64,000 nucleotides of DNA, taken from positions 5,318 through 69,317 of the forward strand of contig VJWM01000325.1 of NCBI GenBank assembly GCA_010909165.1. Direction: 5' to 3'. The DNA comes from Anthoceros angustus. Lineage: Eukaryota; Plantae; Anthocerotophyta. Numbering within the stretch: position 1 is the first letter of the stretch; each line of letters starts with the position of its first letter. Shown here piece after piece: positions 48,540 to 62,582 of this stretch. The notes below the pieces were generated by a model. It was not told the DNA's origin, did not search any database, and saw only the letters and a list, made by a program, of their open reading frames with translations. The position numbers were made by a program, and so were the translations under genes.

Positions 48540-50780
48540 ATTCCCTGGAATCATGTAATGACTGAAAGCTTTCAACATACTTCCACCATTATCTCCCTAG
48601 ACACTTCAATCGGTGGCCGATGATTCTCTACAAGGGTGACAAATTTCAAACACCGTAACTTCATCCTTTTTCCTCAAAGGATAAACCCACACCTTGCTGA
48701 GAAAATCATCTATGAAAGTGACAAAATAGAGGCACCGCCTAATGATGCAAGAGGCATAGGTCCACATACATCATCGTGAACCAACTCAAGAGGTTTACTA
48801 CTTTACCTCTTGTGTTCGATGTGATGATTTTGTCTGCTTCCCATATAAAGGTGCTCACACATCGAGAGATCGTAGAAGTTAAGAGGATATAACGAACGAG
48901 ATAAAACCTTCATTCCCTTCTCGAGACATATGTCCTAACCGCAATGCCACAAGGAAACATTTGGTCGCTGTCACATGATCACATGATCTTTGAGTGTTTA
49001 CCAAGTGAGTACAAAGTGCCACACTCGATCCACGAGCTAACACAGAGAACCTTTGGAGATCTTCCAAGAGTGATCCCCAAGTCTCCCACTAAGCAGCAAG
49101 CCATATGGCTTCCTTGCAAGCCTCGATTCTTTGCAACATACTCGGCCTCTGTGGTAGATAGCGTAATGCCGACGCAAGCGAGATCGCCATGAGGCCCCTC
49201 CGGTGCGTGAAGACATAACGATGTGGACCTCCTTTTGTCCATATCCCATAATCTGTACCCAACCACATGCATCTTCACTACCAAAACATATGCACAAAGC
49301 TTTTGTACCATTCGGATACCTCATAACTCCTTTTCGCCTCCCAATGCTTCTTGCGGGGTTTGACATAAACACCTAACCACTCCACTGCAAAGGCAATGTC
49401 GGGCGTAGCAATCATTGCATACATCAAACTCCCTACGGTGATGAGTATGGGACCTTCTCCATTTCGACTTTGTCCTCCTCGAGCTTGGGCAATCCGGCGC
49501 TTGAAAGTTTCACATATGGAGGCAATGGAGTACCCAATGGCTTCCCTTCTCCATGTTGAAGCGTTGAAGCACCATTAATGTATTAAAATAAAAATAAACG
49601 CTTATATACATTCCGAATCGCATGCCAAGTATATGGCTCGCCTCTCCCAAGTCTGTCATTTCAAAGTGAGCATTCAACTTTGACTTGAAATCTCATCGAT
49701 CTTGTTCAATTAGCATATCATCCACATAGAGGATCAAAATGAGCAAGCTTTGATCCTTAGCTTGCTCGTATAGAGGCAATGATCCTCATCGCTTTTGTAG
49801 CCTTGAGAAAGCATAAATGAGTGGAACTTGTGATACCACTCTCACGGGTGCTGTTTCAAACCATAAAGGCTCTTCCTCAACGCACGATGCTCTTGTCAAC
49901 TTCGAACATGCCTAACGCCCTTCAAAGATGAATGAAGATCCGTTGTCAAACTTGAGTTGCACATCACCACGCCGCGATCCGCATGCATAGTTATTTCCAA
50001 GCCTAACATCCTTTCCTTGTAGCATCATACGTAAACCACTCTCTATGAGGAGTAACATGGAAAGATGCACCGAGTCAATTATCCAATTGCGTAATAAATG
50101 ACTATCCACGTTAATTGTGCAAGATTCAAGTAAGAAGAGATAAGGACATCTCCGTCCTCAACAGAGTTTAACTCTTCCAACTCGACCAAGTCGCCTTCTT
50201 GTCGCCCCGCTTCTTCTCTTTCCTTGGTCCTTTTGAACTTCTCGCACTCTCTTTGAAGTGACCCTTTGTGACAATAGTGACACTCCACATTCTTGTTACG
50301 ACTACGAGATTTGCTACGAGAAAAGCTTCCGTCCGCTTTCCCCTTCGCAGCGGGACCTCCCTCTCACTATGAGGGCACCGGAACCTTTGGAAGGTTCCAT
50401 ATTTTTCCTGCTCACCTCCTCGCCAATGTGCTACCTTCTACATTTACAATGGTAAGACCACTAGCAAGTGTAATTACTCGAGTCATTTAAAGGTGTCCCA
50501 ACTCTCCGTAATGTGACCAATGTAAACATAGCTCTCACTAACTGGGAATGTGATACCTTGAGATGAGAGTCGGCTGAAAATGGTATTGAAATCATTCGGA
50601 TGATCGGACATCCTCGTCCCTTCCTTCATCTTCAAGTCCACCACCGTTTCAACCAATACACCGAGAAGCCGCACTTTGCTTCTCATACAGTCACATCCGC
50701 CACATCGTAACTCGTGGTCTTATCTTTCACATTGAAGTACATGCTTTTGACAATGTTAGCATGATAGTAGATCTAGCAAG
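48540..50780 (-). mobile_element. Ty1/copia gag-protease-integrase-RT fragments in scrambled order
   Basis: Gag DLKMKEGTRMSDH..FNTI (50483-50686); Zn knuckle ECHYCHK; protease WIIDS; RLGHMS and integrase-like blocks 48540-48960; second RT/RNase H copy ~49060-49890. Confidence 0.88.
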
Positions 50781-51349
50781 CTCATCCAGGTCCTACCACT
50801 CATCCTGTGTCATACTATCTGGTTTGACGCCTAACTTCCCGTTCTGGAAAGAACAAGTGTATAATGTTCTAGTGCAGAAAAAGCAGATCAAGCCCATAAA
50901 GTTGCACCGGAGTATGCCACTGAATATTTCGGCAAATTTTCTTCTGGCCTGACGTTCGGCGACGATTATTTCGAGCCGTTCTTGGGCACCCGCGACGCCC
51001 GTCAGCGCGCCCGCCCATAGCTCGTGCCTGCTCACCTCGCCGTGCCCGCAACTCGCGCCGCGCTCTTCACGAATCTCGCAGCCGCTGGCAACACGCGCCT
51101 GCGCTTCACTTGCCCGCGCCTGCTACGCAGCGCTCCGCGCCACGCAGCACGCGCGCGCCACCTCGCCCCGCACGGCCACCGCCGGCGCCCGCCCATGGCG
51201 CTCGCCCGTCACCACCCCGGCCACAGCCCGCCTCAAGGCCACAGCGTCCCGCAGACGGGCGGCGCTACGCTCTGGCGGGTTTACCTGCACCTCACGGTTG
51301 GCGCCACAAGCCCAGGCGCTCGCTACTGTCCGGCCGGGCCTAATGATGA

Positions 51350-52080
51350 TGAGCATAGGTCCACATACATCACGTGAACCAACTCAAGAGGTTTACTCCT
51401 ACTTTACCTCTTGTTCGATGTGATGATTTTATCATTTCCCATATAAGCAGTGCTCATCGAGAGATCGGAGAAGTTAAACGAGGATATAACCAGAACGAGA
51501 TAAAACCTTCATTCCCTTCTGAGACATATGTCCTAACCGGCAATGCCACAAGGAAACATTTGGCTGCTCTGTTACACAGATCACATGATCTTTGACAGTG
51601 TTTACCTGAAGTGAGTACAAAGTGCCACACTTGATCTCTCGGTGAAGCACGCCAAGGTGTGTTCTTGGTCCTTCTCGCTGACTTGATTAGCTTGGGATGA
51701 TTTCCCCTTCTTCAAGTTTGCCAATCTTATTTTACAGTCCTTTGCATGGTTCTTGCAATAAGAACAAAAGCCTTTCACCTTTCTTTTTGCATGTATATCC
51801 TAGTTCTTGACCGAGATCCAACCGCTTGTGCGCCTGCTTCATCTTCCCACGTCCCAGACACTGGCTTCAATGACCTCTGAGTCGTGGGAGGCATGGGCGG
51901 ACTAGCAAGAGGCTGGTGACTCACATGTTGAAGGCCTATTGGCGGTGACCAACCGGTTTGAGAGCTTGAAGACAAGGGCGTGGGGAAGGGACTTGCCCTA
52001 TGGGGAAGAATGGTTTCTGACACAGGTGCTTTCCCTGAAGATTGCTGCTAATCTCTTGGCTACGAAAGTAAAGTGATCAG
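51350..52080 (-). mobile_element. Copia gag Zn-knuckle / GAG-pre-integrase fragment
   Basis: FCSYCKNHAKDCK knuckle; 51355-51630 repeats 48760-49030. Confidence 0.7.
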
Positions 52081-55000
52081 GCATGGCGTTCTTGTAGATT
52101 TTATGTTTTTTAAGTGGGGTTCGCCTGCATAACATGATCGCAGTATCTCGGGGTTTGGATCAAACACGATAATATTTGAAGCGGCTGAATATACAAAGCC
52201 GCTTTCAGAAACCCCGGACCAATTTTAGATTCACCGTACAGTCCCAAAACCCGTGATTCTTAATATTCTCGGTTTACGCATTTGGGTCTTGTAACTGTCT
52301 CGTCGCGGTTTGGTCTGTTTGGACAAAATTTTGCCTCTAGGTATGGTGCATGGTGCATGTGTGAGAGGGCCGGCATGCCGGCGCCCTAAAAGAAACTCAA
52401 CTTAACTAGTATAAAAACTACAACTTGGATCTCGAACTCGCGACCTAGCCGAGTTTTTTACCACTTTACCAACATTAGGAGACAACAAAACTTTATGATA
52501 CGCAAATAATGTATATTAATGAAGGTGCCAATATGCTAGCACCCTATGCTCCTATGGTCCCCCCAGAGGGCGCTGGCATGCCGGCGTCCTTAAATAGGTT
52601 TTCTGTGAGCGCCGAGGTGCCTGCATCCGCATTAACACTAGGGCTACAACCACTTGTCGTGCACCCATGCACATTATGACTTACATATATTAGGCCATGC
52701 GTCACTTGCTTGCGCAAGAGAATGAGAAAAAACACACCACTTTTCACACTTCCGATCACGACGCAGCCTTGGCCGCTCACAAAGATGGTGTCCAACACAC
52801 AAAAAACGTATTCAATTGCTATGACTCTGTAGAAAGATAGTTGCGGCCTACACTGAGCTTGAGAATAGGGAAGAAACTTGGCCGTGTCATGTCTCTCTTC
52901 ACCGTTCCGATACAAGTAAAATTTGCGATCATGAATATTAGGGCATGGGTAATTTCAAACAGCATGCTTAGAAAAGCGTTGAAATTTGAAAATAATTTCC
53001 ATGATTTTGAGCTCAAGACTACGAATTATTAGAATAAGAGAATTTTAAACCAAACCAATTATCTATCACTTTTACAACACAAACTATGCTCTCATTTCAA
53101 TCCATATTACATTCCCTAGTGATTAAGCATCTTGAGCTTGGATCGCATTTAGATGGGGTGCCTAAAGGAGTGGATGCCCTTGGTGCAAGTAGCTTAGGCA
53201 CACCATGGTACAAGTTATTAAGTACCAAGTCCCATGACGGAAATCCGTCCTTAGTGGACTTAAATAAAATTCTTCTTCTTCTTCTACACAATAGGAAAAA
53301 GTTACCTTTATCCATATTACCTGTTTCCTACACAATAGGAAAAAGTTACCTTTAAAGAGCGTCGGCGAGCGTCGGCATGCCGGCGCCTTTAAAAAACTTG
53401 AACCCGAGACCTCTTATTTCTACTTCCCAAGTTTTACCACTTTATTAACTTTCCTCCATATCGAGGAAGCACAAACTATATATGCAAATGAGGGCGCGGG
53501 CATGCCGGCGCTCATCTCCCTCATTCTTCTTCTTCTTCTTCTTCATGCCTTATGCTCCCCATGCTCCTTGTTTTTTATAGCCAATCAGAAGCCATCACGG
53601 TTCGGTGGTTTAGCCACTACCTAGGTGTCTCGATCGCCGTTAGCGGTTCGAAGAAGCTATTACAGTTCGTAGTTTCTCAGCGGAAGAAGGGCGTTTGTCA
53701 AGCGTCAGCGATGCCAAGGCCATGAACCTTGGCGCCAAGACATCTTGGCGCCCAAAACACCTTGGGAGTACTTGGGCATTAAACATCTTTCATTACAAAA
53801 TCCTCAATTTGGCTCATGCTAGATTATCATTACAAAGTCCTCAACTTGGAAGGATTATTCGAGCAAGAGTATGAGGTGAAGTTCAAACATAAAAGCGAAG
53901 CGTTTCCTATGTGGACACACCACTTTGTGCAACTCCCAAGAATCTTCCAAAATGTGATAGCACAACCACTCTTTCAACATTTCTTTTGACTCTTGATTTG
54001 TTCCTACTGGGCGCTATGCAAATCATGTCTCATGACATCCACCCCACGATATCATTGCGGAAATCTTGTTGTGTCATGAAAGCCTCGCAATGGTGGCTCA
54101 CACACGTGCACCACTTGCTCCAACGAGGAAGAATTCGTCCTCCGCCTTCCAGTCTCCACCGCCATGCTGACTTAGACCGTATAAAGTTCCTGCTGCCAGC
54201 ATGACCATGGCAATATTGATGACGCCACTGCGTGGACCTTTGGTGTTGAACCCAAGCTCCTCAGGGGCGTCCAAGCTTAAACCATGGCGTGAGGCGTGTT
54301 GGATCGTGAAAACCATGCGATTGCCAAAATTCGGCATGGAAATTCGGACCAATTCAAGGCGTCATGGTGGTGGACCTCCTCGCTCGGTACCTACGTAAGA
54401 GCCATCCATCCTTCTTTGATGAAGTCACTTGATCTCTCTCGGTGAAGCACGCGAAGGTGTGTTCTTGGTCCTTCTCGCTGACTTGATTAGCTTGGGATGA
54501 TTTCCCCTTCTTCAAGTTTGCCAATCTTATTTTACAGTCCTTTGCATGGTTCTTGCAATAAGAACAAAAGCCTTTCACCTTTCTTTTTGCATGTATATCC
54601 TAGTTCTTGACCGAGATCCAACCGCTTGTGCGCCTGCTTCATCTTCCCACGTCCCAGGACATCGGCTTCAATGACTGATAGTCGTGGGAGGCATATGACT
54701 AGCAAGAGGCAGTGACTCACATGTTGAAGGCCTATTGGCGGTGACCAACCGGTTTGAGAGCTTGAAGACAAGGGCGTGGAAGGGACTTGCCTATGGGAAG
54801 AATGGTTTACACAGTGCTTTCAAGATTGTGCTAATCTCTTAGCTACAGTAAAGTGATCGTGCATGGTTCTTGTAGATTTTATGTTTTTTAAGTGGGGTTC
54901 GCATAACATGATCGCAGATCTCGGGGTTTGGATCAAACACGATAATATTTGAAGCGGTGAATATACAAAGCCGCTTCGTAAACCCCGGACCAATTTTAGA

Positions 55001-57190
55001 TTCATGATCCCAAAACCCGTGATTCTTAATATTCTCGGTTTACGCATTTGGGTCTTATAAGCTGCTAAATCGGTTTGGTCCGTTTGGACAAAATTTTGCC
55101 TCTAGGTATGGTGCATGGTGCATGTGTGGAGTAGGCATGCGCCTAAAAGAAACTCAACTTAACTAGTATAAAAACTACAACTTGGATCTCGAACTTCATG
55201 ACCTAGCCGAGTTTTACCACTTACCAACATTAGGAGACAACAAAACTTTATGATACGCAAATAATGTATATTAATGAAGGTGCCAATGCTAGCACCCTAT
55301 GCTCCTATGGTCCCCAGTGGCATGCGGCGTCCTTAAATAGGTTTTCTGGTAGGGTGCACTCCGCATTAACACTAGGGCTACAACCACTTGTCGTGCACCC
55401 ATGCACATTATGACTTACATATATTAGGCCATCGTCACTTGCTTGAGAGAATGAGAAAAAAACACACCACTTTTCACACTTCCGATCACGCCTTGACCTT
55501 GGCGCTCACAAAGATGGTGTCCAACACACAAAACGTATTCAATTGCTATGACTGTGAAAGATAGTTGCGGCCTACAGGCTTGAGAATAGGGAAGAAACTT
55601 GGCGTGTCATGTCTCTCTTCACCGTTCGATTACAAGTAAAATTTGCGATCATGAATATTAGGGCATGGGTAATTTCAAACAAATGCTTAGAAAAGCGTTG
55701 AAATTTGAAAATAATTTCCATGATTTTGAGCTCAAGACTACGAATTATTAGAATAAGAGAATTTTAAACCAAACCAATTATCTATCACTTTTACAACACA
55801 AACTATGCTCTCATTTCAATCCATATTACCTGTTCCCTACACGCCGTGATTAAGCATCTTGAGCTTGGATCGGTACTTAGATGGGGTGCCTAAAGGGAGT
55901 GGATGCCCTTGGTGCAAGTAGCTTAGGCACACCATGGTACAAGTTATTAAGTACCAAGTCCCATGACGGAAATCCGTCCTTAGTGGACTTAAATAAAATT
56001 CTTCTTCTTCTTCTACACAATAGGAAAAAGTTACCTTTATCCATATTAATTGCATTCCTACACAATAGGAAAAGTTACCTTTAAAGGCGTCGGCGTCGGC
56101 ATCATGCGCCTTTAAAACAGACGAGACCTCTTATTTCTACTTCCCAAGTTTTACCACTTTATTAACTTTCCTCCATATCGAGGAAGCACAAACTATATAT
56201 GCAAATGAGGGCGCCGGGCATGCCGGCGCTCTCATGCCCTCATTCTTCTTCTTCTTCTTTTTCTTCATGCCCTTATGCTCCCCCATGCTCCTTGTTTTTT
56301 ATAGCCAATCCGGAGAAGCCATCACGGTTCAGGTGGTTTCTTAGCCACTACCTAGGGTGTCTGATCGCCGTTGAGCAGTTCGAAGAAGCTATTACGGTTC
56401 AGGTAGTTTCTCAGCAGAAGAAGGGCGTTTGTCCGACGTCCAACAGTCATTGCCAAAGGCCATGAACCTTGGGCGCCAGCATGCTGGCGCCCAAGGCACG
56501 TAGCCTTTGGGAGTACTTGGGCATTAAACATCTTTCATTACAAAATCCTCAATTTGAAGGCTCATGCTAGATTATCATTACAAAGTCCTCAACTTGGAAG
56601 GATTATTCCGAACGCAAGAGTATATGAGGTCGAAGTTCAAACATAAAAGCCGGGGCGTTTCCTATGTTGGACACCACTTTGTGCAACTCCCAAGAATCTT
56701 CCAAAATGTGATAGCACAACCACTCTTTCAACATTTCTTTTGACTCTTCAGATTTGTCCCTCGGCCTGAGCGCTATGCAAATCATGTCACCTGCGACATC
56801 CACCCCCACGATATCATTGCGGAAATCTTGTTGTGTCATCGAAAGCCTCGCAATCGGTGGCTCACACACAGGCACCATGACTGCTCCAACGAGGAAGAAT
56901 TCTACGTCCTCCAGCTTCCAGATCTCCACCGCCATGCCAACTGTTAGAACCGTGTATAAAGTTCCACGGTGCTCACACAGGCATGACCATGGCAACACAT
57001 GATGACGCCACGCTCGCCGTGGACCTTTGGTGTTGAACCCAAGCTCCTCCGAGGGGCGTCCAAGCTTAAACCATGGCGTGAGGCGTGTTGGATCGTAAAA
57101 CCATGGCCGATTGCCAAAATTCAGGCATGGAAATTCAGACCAATTCAAGGACGTCATGGTCGATGGACCTCCTCGCTCGGTACCTACGTC
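51630..57190. repeat. ~2.8-kb tandem near-duplicate (51630-54410 vs 54420-57190) with palindrome-rich non-coding DNA
   Basis: Collinear copies differing by small indels. Confidence 0.9.
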
Positions 57191-59158
57191 AAGAGCATGC
57201 ATCCATCCTTCTTCCATAGAGACAATGTGGTCGTCAAAACACAGGACTAGGTCTAGCGGATCTTGTCGGGTGTTCATTGTTAGGTTGAAGAGCACACTTC
57301 GCGACCTTTGACCACGCCCCGCATATGTTCCATATCTTCACCCAGTATGTCTGAGGCTCGAACTCGTGGTAACTATAGTGGTAAGTAAAACACCTGAACC
57401 CGCCTTCTCTGCTACCGCACATTCCAGTAGACGGAATATTTTGCATCCGAGGGAGTTGCCCATAGAACCAGTCACGCTGTGAAAATATCACGGGATGCAA
57501 GGGCCCATCGGAAGAAGAAGGCGGTGTGGCCATGGAACCAAGCATGTCTAGACCATAGGATGCACATGTGAGAAAACCAGGCATGCATGGCCATGGGCGG
57601 AGGAATGCCTAGACCAAGATATCGATATGGGTCGCATGGGCGCGCCCCGAGGAAGTAACGCAGCATGCATGGCTCAAGGCCGGCCATGGGCCCAAAACAC
57701 TGCAACTCTGTGTAAGTCTTTGTCAAAACTCAAAATCACGGTGCCATCACATTTCCCCGACTCGAATAAACAAGCGTAGCCATCACGTGTATGCCGCAAA
57801 TGGTGAATTGGGCCGTACACCATCGAGTCATCAACGTCGGGCTCATATCGTCCGGCGAACGCATTAGTACCTCCGGAAGGAAGGACAAATCCATCTCCGA
57901 TAGCCCTTTGCCCAAGGACGCGCCTACACTACACACTCACTGCCCGCCTCATTCCCGGATGCTCCAAGACATCATCAAGAAGTTTCTCCACGGTGCTCAC
58001 ACATGACCATGGCAACACATGATGGCCCACGCTCGCGTGGACCTTTGGTGTTGAACCCAAGCTCCTCCGAGGGGCGTCCAAGCTTAAACCATGGCGTGAG
58101 GCGTGTTGGATCGTAAAACCATGGCCGAGTGCCAAAATTCAGGCATGGAAATTCGGACCAATTCAAGGAGCGTCATGGTCGATGGACCTCCTCGCTCGGT
58201 ACCTACGCCAAGAGCATGCATCCATCCTTCTTCCATAGAGACAATGTGGTACGCCAAAACACGTGACTAGGTCTAAGCGGATCTTGTCGGTGTTCATTAT
58301 TAGGTTGAAGAGCACACTTGACCTTTGACCACGCCCCGCATATGTTCCATATCTTCACCCAGTATGTCTGAGGCTCGAACCTCGTGGTAACTATAGTGGG
58401 TAAGTAAAAACACCTTGAACCCGCCTTCTCTGCTACCGCACATTCCAGTAGACGACGAATATTTTGCATCCGAGGGAGTTGCCCATAGAACTGAGTCACG
58501 CCTGTAGAAATATACGGGATGCAAGGGCCCATACGGAAAGAAGAAGGCGTGTGTGGCCCAAGGAACCCAAGCATGTCTAGACCATATGGGATGCATGCCC
58601 AGCAAACCTGCATGCATGGCCCATGGGCGGAGGAATGCCTAGACCAAGATATCGATATGGGTCGCATGGGCGCCGGCCCCGAGGAAGTAACGCAGGCATG
58701 CATGGCTCAAGCTATGGCCATGGGCCCAAATGGAACACTGGCAACTCTGTGTAAGTCTTTGTCAAAGGACTGAAAACGCACAAATGCAGTGCCATCACAT
58801 TCCCCACCTCGAACCGACTCAGCAACAACAACGTAGCCATCACGTGTAGCTGCTGCAAATGGTGAATTGGGCGGTACACCATCGAGTCATCAACGCCGGG
58901 GCTCATATCGGCGCGAAACGCATTGCGGTACCTCACTGGAAGGAAGGACAAGTCCATCTCCGATAGCCCTTTGCCCAAGGGACGACGCCCTACACTACAC
59001 ACTACTGCACCTGCCTGCCCCTCATTCCCAGTATGCTCCAAGACATCATCAAGAAGTTTCTCCCACGGTGCTTCATCCATGGACAAATCACTATGCTTGA
59101 AACCTAGGTCCAAAACACCCAGCCACAACATCGCCTCCTCCATCTCCCTACCCGCCAA
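56603..59158 (-). pseudogene. F-box/kelch-like beta-propeller gene, present as two overlapping indel-ridden copies; 3' fragment also at 53850-54400
   Basis: F-box-like WEKLLDDVLEH...SVC; LCVF.PLTKTYTELP; GGFKVF; LCEHRGTLY; VEIWKL; WLCYHILEDSW; AFMFELRP. Confidence 0.7.
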
Positions 59159-61289
59159 GTTCTCTCCCTTTTAGCCGCAACAATTGGGTCGCCGTGTTTA
59201 AAGCTATTCTTCTCCCCAATCAACGAGGAACACCAAGGGCCGAGCCTCTAAGTCAATACCAAAGGAGCACAATCTCAATATATAGGTTAGAGCCTGTTAA
59301 ATACTACTATTTTAAGTACGTGGTTAAAGTAGGATATTTTAGAACTATATATTATTCAAGGATCTTGGTCAAGGAATAGATGCTTCTAAAAAGTAACATT
59401 ACCTAAGGTCATGGGCAAGGAAGAAGTAAACACAATTCAAGGAAAGTTTAGGAGCAAATTTATTAATTAAAGAAATATGTTTTAATAAATACATTATCTA
59501 ATTTTAAAATAGTATATTATCCATCCCTTCTAATTTTACCCTTTAAATAGAAATTCCTTTGATTGGAAGTTTGAGGGGTCAACTTTATTCAAACCACACC
59601 AATATGTTACATAATGTGTGACCGTTCGTTGTTTTTTCGAAGTCGTGATAAGAATTTTTAGGTCCGGGATCCTTGAACCACCAGCCATACTAATTAATTC
59701 AGGTTCATTTATTTATGGGCTGCCACTCCCTACCACACCAGTAACACACTATTTCGGCGTTGCACCTTATGACACACTCTTTTGCATACTCATGTCACCC
59801 TATGGCACTAGGACATGTGAGCATGTCGGGTTTCAAAATTCAAACTATAATTAAATAATCAAGGATCATTAATCATGATTTATTATTGAAAATTATTTAA
59901 AGTGACAAAGAATTTCTTCAATCACTCTAATTTATTTTTAATATTATATAATGTATTCACTACTCAAATAACTCAAACTACTTTTGATTTGTCTTTCATG
60001 TTTGAAACTTTACAATTTGGTTCGGATAATGTTGGCTTTGTGGGAGGGAGCCACCGCCCTTACCATCCTCGGCCTATCTCGCCTTAGCATCCTAAGCATG
60101 TGTCCTTAGCATCCTAATCATCCATCCTTAGCATCCTAAGCATCTTCCCTTAGCATCGTAAGCATATGCAACCTACTCGACAAGAGCTAGATCCTTAGGC
60201 ATTCCCTTTCACCACATCCTTGTGCCTCGACTTGTCAAAACGTGGCGTGATGTTTCACTCACCACATTTTGCAAGACCGGATCCAAGGGCATTCCACGTT
60301 CGACATCCTTTTGTGGCCATGCTAATAAAACGCGCTTCTTTCAACTCGCGGATCTTGCACACATGTCCCACACCCCATTGGCAACAAAAGTTAATAGGCA
60401 CGCATTCCAAAGACAACGACAAATGCACACGGTTTGAAGGGCAGCATTAAAGATTCAGCTCTCAACTCGGTAGCTCGACAAGGATGGCTTGGGATCGATC
60501 GCGATCTCACACGACAAATTGTTCACTTTTTCTTTTGGTCCTTCACCGAGGTGGAGCTCCACAGTGGATGGGGTGCACGAGCCGCATCCAGCTCCGGTTG
60601 ATCGGATCGGCGCCGGCAAAAATCGAAGGTAATCAAACATATGCCCGCCAGTCGCATGACCTAGCAAGAATTGAAGTTTGCTTGGCATCAAAGCGATATC
60701 ATGTTCTTGGCCCATGAGATCGTATGCCTTGCAATCATCGTATGTTCGATTGGATAGTCCCAAGTTGTTAGCGGTCATGGTTCGTCAAAGGCTCGGGGTT
60801 AACATTCTATAACGCCATCTCTACAAAATTCGAACCACCACCACGTTGGTAGTTTATATATATATGGATATAATGTATTACACTGCACTGTGAGATCGTG
60901 TGCCTTGCAAGATTTCATCGTATGTTCGATCGGATAGAGCCGAGTGTTGTGAGCGATCATGGTTCCCTAGTGCTCACGGGTTATAATTAACATTCTATAA
61001 CGCCATCCCTACAAAATTGACACAACATTGATCACGCTGGTATTTTATATATGTATAATGTATTACAACCTATAGTGCTGTAGTCCGTAGGTTGGACATA
61101 TTATTAAGAGCTTTTGTTGTGGACTTTGGCACAATTTGATATTATTAAAACCAAGAATTTCATAGAGGAATTGGACTAAGACAACCTAATGGATGTTGGA
61201 GAGAAGTTCACAACACTTGAACACGCATATATGTATGTACATACATCCACTAGTACTCTTATTCAAAGTCGGAATTGAAAATTCAAAGA

Positions 61290-62320
61290 CAAAGGCTGGT
61301 TGGCGATCGCTTCTTGCCCAAGATGTCACTTTCCTCGAGATCCAAAAGCCTTCCACAACGTGAAAGCAAAGCCACTCTTCTTCTCGTGGTACCCCAACAA
61401 ATCCCGACTCATCACTAGGTTTGGCTTGCGGGCTTCGTCCACGAGGTGCCTCACCTTAATTCGTATGCACATCATGTCACCCACCACTTTCACCCCTCAA
61501 TGTCCAGGTTTGACCACCGGATGGTATCGCTCGGCTTGAGCCTTGAGACACAAACGTCGGGCCCGATCCGGGCTCTGTCCTTCCGGATCTCAAGCCCCGT
61601 TAATGGTGTGAGCAGGTAGAGAGTTCCACGGTGCTCACACAACCGTGCACGGCCCTTACGCGACTATTAAAACCACTTGAATGACCGGACTCCCTCAGTG
61701 TCATCATTGATGAGCACATTTGCATGGATGCCGCCTTGCGCGACATCTAGGTAATAAGCCGAGAGCCTTCCACAACGATCCACCTCGTAAATGGTGTTGT
61801 CGATTGCAGGATTTGGTGGCGGCTCCCGCTGCCGTAACCTCAAAGTCCACACGCGACGAGTTGAAGTCGCGTCCTGCTCATCCATCTGCGTCGGCGGTAT
61901 GGAGGCTCGAACTTCACCGCCACTAACGTGGTGAAGTACAAACACCTTGAACCCGTCGCGCTTGCTACTTGCACACCCCGGTCGGTGGCCAACCGGCTCA
62001 GATTCCGACTCCACATGCGTCTTGGTCACCGGATTGAAAATGCAAGAGTCCGGTGGTACCATGGGATCCTCCCCATCCGCGGACTGTCTCGGACAACAAT
62101 GTAGCCGTCACCTGGCTGCTGCGAGCGTGGTGTCGGGACCCCACAAGGCACTCCGCCTCAAGCTCGGATCGCGGCGCCAAAACAAATCGCAATACCTCCG
62201 TGGAAGGAAGGACAAATCCATCTCACGGCCCTTGAGCTCCTAGGCCTCTCTTCAGGCGCTCCACAACGCACACCGTAGGGACTGGCTCCACATCCGATCA
62301 TCAAATTTTGCGAATGCTCC
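61290..62320 (-). pseudogene. Degenerate F-box paralogue
   Basis: Shares EMDLSFLP, CIFNPVTKTH and DGFKVF with the 56.6-59.2 kb gene. Confidence 0.5.
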
Positions 62321-62582
62321 TCCAAGAAAAGGCGACCTCATGTACGTGTACCCGCCGCGCATGCTCGGCGAAGCGCTTGCACGGAGAGGACAACACGCCC
62401 GCCCTGGCGTCGTCGGAGGTTCTCCCACAATGTTGCGTCCATATCGGGCCCCCATTGCTGCGACTTGGGTCCAAAAGCTGAGCCGTAGCATCACGATGCG
62501 CCATAATCTCGCTCGCACCAAGTTCCCAAGCAAGTGCACAACAAATTGTAGATTTTGCGCAACTTGGAACTCAGCAGTTCAA

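Noticed and set aside
60083-61065. Short CTTAGCATCCTAAG repeats (60083-60165) and a ~170-bp duplication (60710-61065)
   Set aside because: Real but unremarkable intergenic repeats; no function supportable.
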